DNA of 64,000 nt, taken from IMG/VR virus record IMGVR_UViG_3300045988_147522; one strand, written 5' to 3'. Of this stretch, positions 25,726 through 35,988 are shown one piece after another. Source of the stretch: a virus. Under the pieces are notes generated by a model. That model did not search any database and was not told the DNA's origin. It saw nothing but the letters and a program-made list of their open reading frames with translations. Numbering within the stretch: the stretch's first letter is position 1; each line of letters begins with the position of its first letter. A program made the position numbers and the translations under genes.

Positions 25726-26667
25726 ATGTATAATGAGACTACGAAAATGGCTTTTGTTTCGACATTATCGTCGAAACAAAATATACTGTTAGCGACGGCA
25801 TTGTTTAATAGTATAGAAATTTTTGAACAAGAATCTGAAAAGGACATTTCACGGTTCACAGAAGAAAATCTTCAGAAAGTTCAGGCTAAAGTGGCGGGCA
25901 GTAAAACATATGCTTCACGGAGACAAGACGCTTCGATGCTAAGGAATTACTTAGATTGGGCGTATAAGAATCATATTTGTGATACAAATATATCTTCATA
26001 TGTGTTGCAGGCTATGGATATTAATGCTAATACGGTATTAGTTTCGTCTCCACAACACTTACAATTTCAACTCGATGCTGTATTTTCACCGGAAATAGAA
26101 GATAATGTTGATTTGTTGTCGAGAGGGTTTGTTTGGATGGCTTATATGGGCATCCCAAAAGGAGACACGATAAAGATTACAAGCAATCATGTATCTATAG
26201 ATAACAATAACAAAAAGAAAATTATTGCATACAATAATACGCTCTACGAGATTCCAACTGAAGCTTATATAACGATCAACAAATTGTGTTCTTTGAAATA
26301 TTTAACCACTACAACAAGGGGCGGTATTGTTCGTAAATTCGACAGAGTTCAAGGTTGTGAATTGTTAAGAGGTACAACCCGTCTTAACAATATAACAGTG
26401 GAATATTTAAGAACTCGTATAACCCGCAAATCAAAAGCATATCGTTTATCGAAATTATTATCTTATGATTCGTTATATAAAAGCGGAGTGTTTTACAGGC
26501 AGTACATATTGGAACAGCAGGGTTTCATGCCTACATTTGCTGAACTAATGCATTCTCGGAGTTATACCGAACACGATGGGAAAACAGATGTTTATTTCCA
26601 AGATAAACTAAAAACTATACACGCAGAATACACTGCTTGGAAGGATAAGTATTATTCACTTATATAA
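25726..26667 (+). CDS. Hypothetical protein
   Basis: ATG after gaggtg. No catalytic motif recognised. Confidence 0.55.
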   Translation: MYNETTKMAFVSTLSSKQNILLATALFNSIEIFEQESEKDISRFTEENLQKVQAKVAGSKTYASRRQDASMLRNYLDWAYKNHICDTNISSYVLQAMDINANTVLVSSPQHLQFQLDAVFSPEIEDNVDLLSRGFVWMAYMGIPKGDTIKITSNHVSIDNNNKKKIIAYNNTLYEIPTEAYITINKLCSLKYLTTTTRGGIVRKFDRVQGCELLRGTTRLNNITVEYLRTRITRKSKAYRLSKLLSYDSLYKSGVFYRQYILEQQGFMPTFAELMHSRSYTEHDGKTDVYFQDKLKTIHAEYTAWKDKYYSLI

Positions 26668-26818
26668 AGTTTAATAAAGATTTTTAAAGGCGGTACAGTT
26701 CGCCTTTAAAAAATAATCATTAAGTCAGTTTTGTATATTAGAAAGTATAAAACTGCAAGGAGGTGGTGCTTATGATTGTGCTAATTTAACAAAAAAATAA
26801 TATATAGGGGGAATTATT

Positions 26819-27427
26819 ATTTCTGACAACAAGTCAATTTATCAAACATTATCATCAATTGATGTGTCTGACAAGGTTAAGCCAAAAAATGGTATGAATT
26901 ATTTACCATGGGCGTCTGCATGGGCATACATAAAAGAGTATTTTCCAAGGTCGTCATATACCGTAGTCAGAGACGATAACGGTAATCTTTACCATACTGA
27001 CGGAAAAACTTGTTGGGTTGAAACATTATTATCCATTAATGGGGAAACTCAAGGAGAGCAGTTGGCTATTATGGATAACCGTAATAAGTCTGTACCAGTC
27101 GATCAGGTAGAATCTACGATGGTAAACAAAGCTATCAAGAGATGCCTAACAAAAAATGCAGCATTATTTGGTCTTGGTTTGAATCTTTGGTATGGTGAAG
27201 AATTGAGTGATGAAGCAAAGCGTACCAAAGCTAAGAAAGTATCTGATTTAGATGTGCTTAAAGGTAAAGTAGTGTCTATTTGTAAAGAACTGGTGTCCAA
27301 AGGCGTTGATAGCAAAAAATTATATGCTTCTATTGCAGATATGTCAGGACATCAAAATCCGACCAAAATTACAGATATAGAGACGCTAAAAATTGTGCTC
27401 GAGCGACTTGAACAGTGGGAGGTTTAA
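26819..27427 (+). CDS. Rad52-family/DUF1071-like single-strand annealing protein; probable ATT start
   Basis: NYLPWASAWAYIKEYFPRSSYTV resembles the YLSWAWAW signature. The frame is open from 26801, SD tagggggaa is followed by ATT codons, and the GTG at 26864 has no SD. Confidence 0.6.
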   Translation: MSDNKSIYQTLSSIDVSDKVKPKNGMNYLPWASAWAYIKEYFPRSSYTVVRDDNGNLYHTDGKTCWVETLLSINGETQGEQLAIMDNRNKSVPVDQVESTMVNKAIKRCLTKNAALFGLGLNLWYGEELSDEAKRTKAKKVSDLDVLKGKVVSICKELVSKGVDSKKLYASIADMSGHQNPTKITDIETLKIVLERLEQWEV

Positions 27428-27428
27428 T

Positions 27429-27821
27429 ATGAATCAAGTATGTGAAATTGGAAGAATTGTAAACGAACTCGAACTTAAAACAACACCTAATGGAAAGTCG
27501 GTTGTTAATTTTAGAATTGCAGTAAGGTCTTATGGCAAAGACAACGATGATTACTTTTTTAACTGTGTAGCATGGGGAAGTGTTGCAGAATTTATCTGTA
27601 AGCATTTTTCAAAAGGAAGAAAGATTGGAATTGATGGTGAACTGACTTCTCGCACATACGAAACAGAAAAAAAAGAGAAGCGTCAGGTTGTAGAAATTAT
27701 GATACGGGATGCAGAGTTTTGTGACGACAAGCGTGACGAAAGTGGTGATGACGCAAATATAACTACGCCGTCAAAGGCAGAATCTACTACATCTGAAACA
27801 GAGGACGAGTTACCATTTTGA
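27429..27821 (+). CDS. ssb: Single-stranded DNA-binding protein
   Basis: OB-fold N-terminus (IGRIVNELELKTTPNGKSVVNFRIAV). Acidic tail ends in DELPF. SD gggagg. Confidence 0.85.
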   Translation: MNQVCEIGRIVNELELKTTPNGKSVVNFRIAVRSYGKDNDDYFFNCVAWGSVAEFICKHFSKGRKIGIDGELTSRTYETEKKEKRQVVEIMIRDAEFCDDKRDESGDDANITTPSKAESTTSETEDELPF

Positions 27822-28654
27822 TTAACTTAAAACAATTAAAAAACCGATACTGGTCGTTTTCCAGTATAAATTCTTATCAGACTTGTCCTCGTATGTTCTT
27901 CTTATCATATATTGACAGGAAACCCCAAGAGGAAAACGCTTTTAGTCAATGGGGTTCTTTATGTCACAAATTGTTAGAAAGTTATTACAAAGGTCAAAGC
28001 AGCATTTTCGATCTTGAAGAGCAGTACAAAAATGCTTATAAAAGAACGGTTTTATCTGATTTTCCTAAAAACCGCTATGTTGATATGAATAAGAAGTATT
28101 ACCAAATAGGTCTTGAATATTTTCGAGGTTTTGAGGATACTTTTCCTGAATATCAAGTAGTCGGTGTTGAGCAGAAGATTAAAACCAAAATTGGCGAGTA
28201 TAACTTTGTTGGTGTTATCGACTTAATACTTGAGAAGAATGGCGAGTATATTATCTGCGACCACAAAAGCAAAGGAGCTTTTAAGAACGAACAAGAGCTA
28301 CGGAAGTATCTTTTTCAGTTGTACCTGTATTCCAAATACATATACGAAACATATCACACATATCCTACAAAATTGATTTTTAACATGTTTAAGCTCGGAG
28401 AAATGAAAATCGTAGATTTTAACAAGAGTGAATATGAGAAAGCTTTATCTTGGGCTGAGGCTTCCATAAATGAAATTCTTGAAGAAGAATGCTGGTTAGA
28501 TAAAGTGTTCGTGCAGTACGCTGCTAAAGACAAAAATATCAATGATTACAAGTGCGATGATTTCTTTTGTAATAACCTTTGTTCGGTACGGGCGTTTTGT
28601 GAGCGTTCTAAAAGCTATACTGAAGAGGACGATTTTGATTTTCTTGAGGAGTGA
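27818..28654 (+). CDS. PD-(D/E)XK exonuclease, Cas4/RecB-like with Fe-S cysteine cluster
   Basis: N-terminal Cys (YQTCP), GVIDLILE...ICDHKS, QLYLY, C-terminal CDDFFCNNLCSVRAFC. Confidence 0.75.
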   Translation: MINLKQLKNRYWSFSSINSYQTCPRMFFLSYIDRKPQEENAFSQWGSLCHKLLESYYKGQSSIFDLEEQYKNAYKRTVLSDFPKNRYVDMNKKYYQIGLEYFRGFEDTFPEYQVVGVEQKIKTKIGEYNFVGVIDLILEKNGEYIICDHKSKGAFKNEQELRKYLFQLYLYSKYIYETYHTYPTKLIFNMFKLGEMKIVDFNKSEYEKALSWAEASINEILEEECWLDKVFVQYAAKDKNINDYKCDDFFCNNLCSVRAFCERSKSYTEEDDFDFLEE

Positions 28655-28660
28655 TTATGT

Positions 28661-30580
28661 TTGCTTATTGAAAAGGACAAAATTCATAAAGCAAAAGAGA
28701 AATTAGGAGAGAAGAATGCTTTTGAAATAGCTCAAATTTTGGAAGTTGAAAATTTTGATGAGAGTCGTTTGAGAGCATGTTGCCCTTTCCACGAGGAAGA
28801 TACTCCAAGTTGGATTTACAATCCAAAAACATATAATTTTCATTGTTTCGGATGTGGTATATCGACTGACATTATTGATGCTTATATGATTAAAGGACAT
28901 ACATATTTGGAAGCAGTTCAGTATTTATTTGAAAAAGCAGGCATTAAATATGCGTTTGGAGAGATGGGCGTAAAGACTAAAACCCAGTACCGATACCCAA
29001 GACCTGTAGAATGTCACTCAAAGAACAAAATCGAAGAATACTTAGGTTTACGAAAAATATCACCAAGCACAATTGACTATTGCGATATCAGACAAGACTC
29101 TCATGAAAATATAGTGTTTAACTATTACGACACGAACGATGTGCTTACTTTGGTTAAATACCGACCAAGCCATAAGATAGATAAGAGCAAAGGCGAAGTA
29201 AAAACATGGTGTCAAAAAGATGCAGATACAAGTCCAATATTGTTCAATATGAATCGTGTTAATGTTGACAGTCCTTTGCTAATATGTGAAGGAGAAATTG
29301 ATTGTGCTTCAGCTATAGAAGCGGGATTCACTAATGCAGTTAGTGTCCCGCTTGGGGCTGGAAACTTTCATTGGATTGAACATAATTGGGACTGGTTAGA
29401 ACAATTCACCGATATTATTGTATGTGCAGATAATGATGAAGCGGGACAAAAAATGATTAAAGAGGTTTCAAGTAGACTCGGAAACTGGCGTACAAAGATT
29501 GTACAGTTGCCCACAAAGGTAACAAAATCAGATGGCAGTCAAGCTTTTATTAGTGACCTCAATGAGACATTGTATTGGTTTGGAAAAGAATATGTGCTAA
29601 AACTTATACTGGATGCAAAAGATTCGCCTGTTGATAGCGTTATTGACTTTTCAGACATTGAAGATGTTGACCTTTCGCAAATTGATGGTATTTATACTGG
29701 CATTACAGAGTTAGACAATAAGCTAATGAAAATGTTTTATGGTACAGTTACAATTCTGACGGGTACTAATGGCAGTGGTAAATCATCTTTACTGTCACAG
29801 TTTATATGTCAATCACTTGACCAACAAAAGTCTGTTTGGTTGTATTCTAAAGAGCTGCCTAATTCGATGATGAAAAACTGGATTGATTTTATATTTGCGG
29901 GTAGACATAATATCGATCAGTTTCATGACAGCAAAGGAAGTGTATATTACAAAGTTAGTAAAAGTGCTCGTACTCAAATTGATGGATATTATAAAAATCG
30001 TCTTTATATTTATAAAGACGATTATGACAACTCAGTCGATAATATCAAAAAATCAATGGAGGATTGTGTTAGGAAGTATGGCTGTAAAATGCTTATATTG
30101 GACAATCTTACGGTCATCAATCTTGGAGCTACCGACAACAATAAAAACGAAACACAAAACGCATTCATGTCTTGGTTGACCAAATTTGCAGCCACATTTC
30201 AAGTTGTTATTATTTTGGTTATTCATCCACGAAAAGGACAGCAGGTTACTCGCCTTTGTAAATATGATATTGGTGGTTCTGGAGGTATGTTAGATCTCGC
30301 TCATCGAAGTTTCTCGTTATATAGAGTGAAGCCCAATGAAAAGCAAACTGGTGACGAATTAGTTAAAAATTATGATGTTATATTGGATGTTTTGAAAGAC
30401 AGGATGAGAGGACAGGAGAATTTATCAATTCCAATGTGGTACGATCCGCCATCTCGTAGATTTTACACCAACGAAATGGAGTTTGGAAAACAATACGCAT
30501 GGGATAAGAATAAGTACACAGAGTCTATTCCTTTTCCGCATCCAAACGAGACAAGTGAAGTATTCGGAAAGGAAGATTAA
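28661..30580 (+). CDS. Bifunctional primase-helicase (zinc finger, Toprim, P-loop)
   Basis: CCPFHEEDTPSW...HCFGCG, ICEGEIDCASA...CADNDEAGQ, ILTGTNGSGKSS. TTG start after gaggag. Confidence 0.8.
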   Translation: MLIEKDKIHKAKEKLGEKNAFEIAQILEVENFDESRLRACCPFHEEDTPSWIYNPKTYNFHCFGCGISTDIIDAYMIKGHTYLEAVQYLFEKAGIKYAFGEMGVKTKTQYRYPRPVECHSKNKIEEYLGLRKISPSTIDYCDIRQDSHENIVFNYYDTNDVLTLVKYRPSHKIDKSKGEVKTWCQKDADTSPILFNMNRVNVDSPLLICEGEIDCASAIEAGFTNAVSVPLGAGNFHWIEHNWDWLEQFTDIIVCADNDEAGQKMIKEVSSRLGNWRTKIVQLPTKVTKSDGSQAFISDLNETLYWFGKEYVLKLILDAKDSPVDSVIDFSDIEDVDLSQIDGIYTGITELDNKLMKMFYGTVTILTGTNGSGKSSLLSQFICQSLDQQKSVWLYSKELPNSMMKNWIDFIFAGRHNIDQFHDSKGSVYYKVSKSARTQIDGYYKNRLYIYKDDYDNSVDNIKKSMEDCVRKYGCKMLILDNLTVINLGATDNNKNETQNAFMSWLTKFAATFQVVIILVIHPRKGQQVTRLCKYDIGGSGGMLDLAHRSFSLYRVKPNEKQTGDELVKNYDVILDVLKDRMRGQENLSIPMWYDPPSRRFYTNEMEFGKQYAWDKNKYTESIPFPHPNETSEVFGKED

Positions 30581-33500
30581 TATTATCGACAATTATGTTG
30601 CTTACCATATACATACAGACTATTCTCTTAAAGACAGTGCTACCAATTACAAAGATTATGTTGATAAAGCAGTAGAGTTGGGACAGCATGCAATTGCATT
30701 TTCGGAACACGGCAATATACAAGGTTGGGTTAAGAAGAAAATATATTGTGACTTAAAAGGTATTAAGTATATACATGCAGTTGAGTGTTACTTAACAAAA
30801 AATCATACAGACAAAATCCGAGACAATTATCATACAGTTCTTATTGCGAAAAACTATGAAGGTGTTAAGGAACTCAACCGGCTTATAAGTTTGTCAAGAA
30901 CTGACAAAAATCATTTTTATTATGTTGGCAGAATCTCGTTTGAAGAATTTCTTTCATTGTCTGACAACATTATCAAAACAAGTGCCTGTCTTGCTTCTCC
31001 TTTAAATAAATTACCTGTAGAAGATGCATGGTATGAACAATTAGTTAAAGGGTATGATTATCTCGAAATTCAACCACACAATTGCAAAGAACAAATTGAA
31101 TACAATAGACATTTAGCATATCTGTCTGAGAAATATCATATTCCGCTAATAGCTGCAACAGACGCTCACTCAGTTAATTCTTACAAAGCAGAGTGTAGGC
31201 AAGTAATCTTAGATGCTAAAAAACAACATTACGAAGGCGAAGATAAGATGGACTTAGTGTATAAGTCTTACGATGAATTAGTGAAAGCTTTCGCAACACA
31301 GGACGCAATACCGAGTTCTTTATACATAGAGGCTATTAACAATACCAATGTTATGGCAGATAGTGTCGAAGAGTTTACGCTTGATACATCGATTAAGTAT
31401 CCTATTTTGTATGGCAGTGCTGAAAAAGACGAACAAAAATTTACTTCATTGGTATATCAAAAATATCAAGAGAAGCTTGATAATGGTGTTATTTCATCAG
31501 AAGAAAAGGATAGATTTGATAAAGCAATACCTGAAGAACTGAGAGTCTTTAAGAAAGTAGGTATGTCGGGTTTTATGCTTTCAATGAGTGAAATTCTCTC
31601 ACATTTTAGAAATCAAGGAAAACCAATAGGCTTTTCAAGAGGTTCAGTTGGTGGCTCAAGAACAGCGTATGTTACCGATATTATTGACCTAAACCCTGAA
31701 AAATGGGGTACAGTATTTTCTCGATTCTGTAATGAAGACAGAGTAGAAGTAGGAGATATTGATGTTGATGTTGTAGAATCGGATAGACCAGAAATGTTTG
31801 AGTATATTATAGATAAATTCGGTAAAACAAAAACAGCCAGAGTTCCTACATATTCGACACTGAAAGATTTGGCTGCTATTGATCTGATAGGACAAGCATT
31901 TCGACTTAATTGGAAATTAAGCCATCCAAAAACCGATTTTAGTGAGTGTGAATATTCTATTCAAAAAGTCAAAGAAATTAAGCAATGTTTTAACACCGAT
32001 CCTGATTTAGCAAGACAAAAGTATCCGAAATTGTTTTATTACTATGATGGCTTGTTAGGTATTAAGCATGCACAGTCGGTACATCCAGCAGGAATTGTTA
32101 TTAGTCCAATTACTTTAGCTGACAATTACGGTGTGTTCGAGAAAGATGGCTACTGTACTCTTCAGATTGATATGGATGAAATTCATGATGTAGGGTTGAC
32201 CAAGTATGATTTGCTTGTATTAAAGACAGTGCAAGTTATTAGTGAAACTTGCAAATTCGCTCATTTACCTTATCCAAAATCTCACGAGATTGATTGGGAT
32301 GATCAAAATGTATGGGAAAGCATGTTAGAAACTACAGGTTCTATTTTTCAGTTTGAGTCTCCATTTGCTATAGATTGTTTAAAAAAATATAAGCCTAAAA
32401 GTATTTTGGATATGGCAATAGTCACGGCTGCTATTAGACCATCAGGTTCTTCTTACAGAGAGGAGCTATTTAAGCATATACCTCATAAAAATCCGTCAGA
32501 GGTTATAGATAAACTGCTTAATAAAAACAATGGATATTTAATATTTCAAGAGGACACAATTAAGTTTCTTCAAGAAATATGCGGACTGTCGGGCAGCGAA
32601 GCTGACAATGTGCGTAGAGCAATCGGACATAAAGATGAAAAGAGATTGGCTAAAGCATTGCCGTCAATACTTGAAGGTTATTGTCATAAATCAAACTCTC
32701 CAAGAAATGTTGCAGAACTGGAAGCTAAAGAGTTTCTTCAGATTATTCAAGACAGTGCCAGTTATCAATTTGGTATGAATCACGCCATTGGATACTGTAT
32801 GATTAGTTATTTGTGTGCTTATTATTACTACTATTATCCGTATGGGTTTTGCACAGCATATTTAAACTGTGCAAAGAATGATGAACAAATACAGACGGGA
32901 GAAAAAGCTGCTAAAGCAAAAGATATTGAAATTACATTACCTAAATTCGGAATTTCGTTAGGAAACTATTATTTTAACAAAGACCTTCATGCAATTGCAA
33001 AAGGTATTGGTTCAGTTAAGTTTTTATCTGAAGAGGTTGCCACAGAACTTTTTAAAGTTTACAACCAACAACCGACCAGTTTTATAGATGTAATTCGTCT
33101 CTCTGACCAAGAGACTTCTGTGGGACTATCTAAAATAGAAATTTTAATTAAAATAGGTTTCTTCGACCACTACGGAATTCAATCGAAACTATTATACATA
33201 CTTGCAACTTATCAATTCTTTAGAGCATCTACCGGCAAGGGATTTCGCAAGAATATTAAGAAGTCCGTATTACAAACAGAGCATTTTGAATTGTACGACA
33301 TAGTAAAAAATAATAGTACAGACTTAAAGAAAGATAACACTATTAAAGAATCGTTCACTATTCAAAACATAGATAACATACTAAATGGCATCGAAACTAT
33401 TGCAAATCAAATGAATTTCAAGTCTTGGAATTATAAACGCATTATTCAAACACAGGAAGAATATTTGGGGTATATTGATTTAACCACACACAAAGCTGAA

Positions 33501-33746
33501 GATAGGCAGAAACTGCTCGTAAAGAATGTCTACCCTCTTAAAAACAAACAAACTAACGAGGAATTTGCAAAAAGAATTTCGTATCGTTCGGTTGGTACTG
33601 GAAAAGAAGGAAGTTTAACATTAAAACACTATCTTTTTGTATCATTGCCATTGAAACAATATGATGTAATTTATGTGCCTTTAGATGGTATTTACAAAGA
33701 TAGAAGGGGGTATTGGAATTTAACCAAATATAAATTGCTAAATTAA
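30555..33746 (+). CDS. dnaE: DNA polymerase III alpha-like replicative polymerase (PHP plus polymerase core)
   Basis: YHIHTDYSLKDS (PHP domain) and HAQSVHPAGIVISP. Start is uncertain: GTG at 30555, or ATT at 30576/30582 after ggaaaggaag. Confidence 0.8.
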   Translation: MKYSERKINIIDNYVAYHIHTDYSLKDSATNYKDYVDKAVELGQHAIAFSEHGNIQGWVKKKIYCDLKGIKYIHAVECYLTKNHTDKIRDNYHTVLIAKNYEGVKELNRLISLSRTDKNHFYYVGRISFEEFLSLSDNIIKTSACLASPLNKLPVEDAWYEQLVKGYDYLEIQPHNCKEQIEYNRHLAYLSEKYHIPLIAATDAHSVNSYKAECRQVILDAKKQHYEGEDKMDLVYKSYDELVKAFATQDAIPSSLYIEAINNTNVMADSVEEFTLDTSIKYPILYGSAEKDEQKFTSLVYQKYQEKLDNGVISSEEKDRFDKAIPEELRVFKKVGMSGFMLSMSEILSHFRNQGKPIGFSRGSVGGSRTAYVTDIIDLNPEKWGTVFSRFCNEDRVEVGDIDVDVVESDRPEMFEYIIDKFGKTKTARVPTYSTLKDLAAIDLIGQAFRLNWKLSHPKTDFSECEYSIQKVKEIKQCFNTDPDLARQKYPKLFYYYDGLLGIKHAQSVHPAGIVISPITLADNYGVFEKDGYCTLQIDMDEIHDVGLTKYDLLVLKTVQVISETCKFAHLPYPKSHEIDWDDQNVWESMLETTGSIFQFESPFAIDCLKKYKPKSILDMAIVTAAIRPSGSSYREELFKHIPHKNPSEVIDKLLNKNNGYLIFQEDTIKFLQEICGLSGSEADNVRRAIGHKDEKRLAKALPSILEGYCHKSNSPRNVAELEAKEFLQIIQDSASYQFGMNHAIGYCMISYLCAYYYYYYPYGFCTAYLNCAKNDEQIQTGEKAAKAKDIEITLPKFGISLGNYYFNKDLHAIAKGIGSVKFLSEEVATELFKVYNQQPTSFIDVIRLSDQETSVGLSKIEILIKIGFFDHYGIQSKLLYILATYQFFRASTGKGFRKNIKKSVLQTEHFELYDIVKNNSTDLKKDNTIKESFTIQNIDNILNGIETIANQMNFKSWNYKRIIQTQEEYLGYIDLTTHKAEDRQKLLVKNVYPLKNKQTNEEFAKRISYRSVGTGKEGSLTLKHYLFVSLPLKQYDVIYVPLDGIYKDRRGYWNLTKYKLLN

Positions 33747-33759
33747 GAAAGGTGATTGA

Positions 33760-34044
33760 ATGAGACAAAAAATTGAACTTGTTACACTTAAGGATGTGTC
33801 TGATTTTACAGAGGCTGTAAGTCAGATTGACGAAGAAGTAACTCTTATCGGTAAAGACGAAAACGGTAAAGATTGGTCTATCAGTGGTAAATCATTTCTT
33901 GCAAGTCTTGTTCTTGCAAACGGTGTTGAAAGAGCAAAAACCAAAGCGGCACATAATGTCGATTGGAATACTATTACTTGTGTGTGCGACAAGGACATTT
34001 ACTCAGTAATTAGTAAATGGGCAGTAGGCTCGGTTATGGAGTAA
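33760..34044 (+). CDS. HPr-like small protein (no phospho-His motif seen)
   Basis: LKDVSDF...ISGKSFLASLVL resembles the HPr-fold ..AKSI..L..L region. Confidence 0.35.
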   Translation: MRQKIELVTLKDVSDFTEAVSQIDEEVTLIGKDENGKDWSISGKSFLASLVLANGVERAKTKAAHNVDWNTITCVCDKDIYSVISKWAVGSVME

Positions 34045-34047
34045 ACC

Positions 34048-34305
34048 ATGGAAAACAAAATACATAGAACAGTAATGTTACACATTCAGCTTCAGCGAGA
34101 TGATTTTGACGATTTTCTTCACATAGCAGATGAATTAATGAGTGGCATTATTGAAGTAGCGCAAGGTAAGGAAGTGTTGTCTGGTAAAAGTCTACTTGGA
34201 TTAATGCTTATAGACACAAATAAACCACAAACACTTATTATCAGAGGTTTTTTCACTGATGATTATGTGGATAAATTTAGAAAATGGGAAATTAAGGAAG
34301 GGTGA
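34048..34305 (+). CDS. HPr-like small protein (tandem paralog)
   Basis: LSGKSLLGLMLID...LIIRG pattern. Confidence 0.35.
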   Translation: MENKIHRTVMLHIQLQRDDFDDFLHIADELMSGIIEVAQGKEVLSGKSLLGLMLIDTNKPQTLIIRGFFTDDYVDKFRKWEIKEG

Positions 34306-34309
34306 TTAT

Positions 34310-34960
34310 ATCCGATTTGGTAAGAAGATAGTAAGTTTATGGGTAATGTTAGGTATGATGTTTGGCTTTTCGGCTTGTGGAGAATCAAACATCTCCACCC
34401 CTGACACTGCAACACGAGATACAGCCACTAAAGATACGGCAGTCAAATCAACAACGCAACCTACAACCGTCCATGTCACAACACAATCAACAACAGTAAA
34501 ACCAACTGAGAAAACTAAAAAAGACAAGAAGAAGTTTAAAACAACCTCTTCTCCTACAGCACCGCCAACAGAAAAAGTTGAAGTTCAAGCAGAAACAAAA
34601 ACTGTTACAAAATCAAATAATACATATAACACATCGTCAGATGAGGTAGATTTGTTGGCAAGAGTAATTTATTGCGAAGCAGGTAATTGTAGCGAGTATT
34701 GTCAGTGGTTGGTAGGTTCAACGGCAATGAATTTAGCTGACAGTAACGGTGGATTGAGAGCAGTAGCTTTTGATTATAATACATTCAATGTGGCAGGTAT
34801 TCTTTACACGAGAGATCCGAGCGAGTTGTCTTATTCAGTTGCTCAAAGGATATTGAGTGGTGATAGAGATCATAATGTCAGAGCTTTCAGAATGAGTTAT
34901 TATCATTCATTTGGAACACCGTATGCAGTGGTAGATAATGTTTATTTCAGCAGTTACTAA
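34310..34960 (+). CDS. Secreted lipoprotein cell-wall hydrolase (SleB/Hydrolase_2-like); probable ATC start
   Basis: LLARVIYCEAGNCSEYCQWLVGSTAMN. From 34310 the N-terminus reads (M)RFGKKIVSLWVMLGMMFGFSAC, a textbook lipobox signal. SD aaggaaggg lies 7 nt upstream. The track ATG at 34259 would bury the signal peptide. Confidence 0.6.
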   Translation: MRFGKKIVSLWVMLGMMFGFSACGESNISTPDTATRDTATKDTAVKSTTQPTTVHVTTQSTTVKPTEKTKKDKKKFKTTSSPTAPPTEKVEVQAETKTVTKSNNTYNTSSDEVDLLARVIYCEAGNCSEYCQWLVGSTAMNLADSNGGLRAVAFDYNTFNVAGILYTRDPSELSYSVAQRILSGDRDHNVRAFRMSYYHSFGTPYAVVDNVYFSSY

Positions 34961-34969
34961 AAGGAGGCA

Positions 34970-35578
34970 ATGATGGCTGTTAAATCAATTGTATTAGTTC
35001 TCGGAGCTTCAGGCTCTGGTAAGGATTACTTAGTAGACAAAGTTTGTAAGGAATATAATCGCAAAAAGGTTGTGTCTTATACGACACGACCAAGAAGAGA
35101 TAATAAATCTCCAAGCTCACACATTTTTGTAACAGATGAGGAGTTTGATAAACTGACCAATATCGTGGCTTATACCGAATTTAATGGCTATAGATATTGT
35201 GCAACTCAGCAGCAAATTGATGACGCTGATTTTTACATAATTGATCCGAGAGGGTTTGAAGATTTCAAGAATAATTACAAAGGCGATAAACTAATTGAAT
35301 CTGTACTGATAGATTGCCCTGCTGTTGAAAGATTTTTGAGAATGAAGAAAAGGTATAAAGACAGCAAAACAGGAACTGTAAAAGCTATGGAGCGTATTAT
35401 TAACGACCGTAAAGAGTTTAAAGATATTGAAGAAAAAGTTGACTATGTAATCTCAAATCGCACTGAGGAAGATGTTAAAGACTGTGTGTCTTTTCTCAAA
35501 GCAATGCCAGAAACTACAGAATGGATGAACAAGTTTGTAGAAGGACAGGCAAAATATGATAAAGAGAAAATACAATGA
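34970..35578 (+). CDS. Guanylate/dNMP kinase-like P-loop kinase
   Basis: VLGASGSGKDYL...SYTTRPRR...HIFVTDEEF. Confidence 0.65.
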   Translation: MMAVKSIVLVLGASGSGKDYLVDKVCKEYNRKKVVSYTTRPRRDNKSPSSHIFVTDEEFDKLTNIVAYTEFNGYRYCATQQQIDDADFYIIDPRGFEDFKNNYKGDKLIESVLIDCPAVERFLRMKKRYKDSKTGTVKAMERIINDRKEFKDIEEKVDYVISNRTEEDVKDCVSFLKAMPETTEWMNKFVEGQAKYDKEKIQ

Positions 35579-35598
35579 AGTTAATAGAGGTGAATTAA

Positions 35599-35988
35599 AT
35601 GATTGATTGTACGAAAACAGAGAATTACTTCGCCGAAAAGCGAAGGATGACGAAATTAACAAACACAGGTGTTTGTAAAATTAAATGCACAAACTGCCCT
35701 TTGAGCGACAAAAATAATGGTGAAGGAAGGTTTTGTGTAGATTATGAATCACACTATCCTGAAAGGGCTATTGCAATAGTACAACAGTGGAGTGACGAAC
35801 ATCCACAGAAAACTTATCTTACGGATTTATTAGAGAAATATTCAAATATTCCTCTTGATAATAACGGTATACCCGCCTATGTGTGTCCTCATGATTTAGG
35901 GTTGATGAGTGTAGAGGATTGCAAAAAAGATTCCGACAAATGTGTTGAGTGTTGGAATCAGCTTATTAAGGATGGTGAAGAGCGATGA
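35599..35988 (+). CDS. Cys-rich hypothetical protein (paralog of 6517-6945)
   Basis: See the 6517 ORF. Confidence 0.65.
   Translation: MIDCTKTENYFAEKRRMTKLTNTGVCKIKCTNCPLSDKNNGEGRFCVDYESHYPERAIAIVQQWSDEHPQKTYLTDLLEKYSNIPLDNNGIPAYVCPHDLGLMSVEDCKKDSDKCVECWNQLIKDGEER

Noticed and set aside
29883-31542. Internal out-of-frame ORFs inside the primase-helicase and the polymerase
   Set aside because: They are embedded in genes with clear motifs in the main frame.
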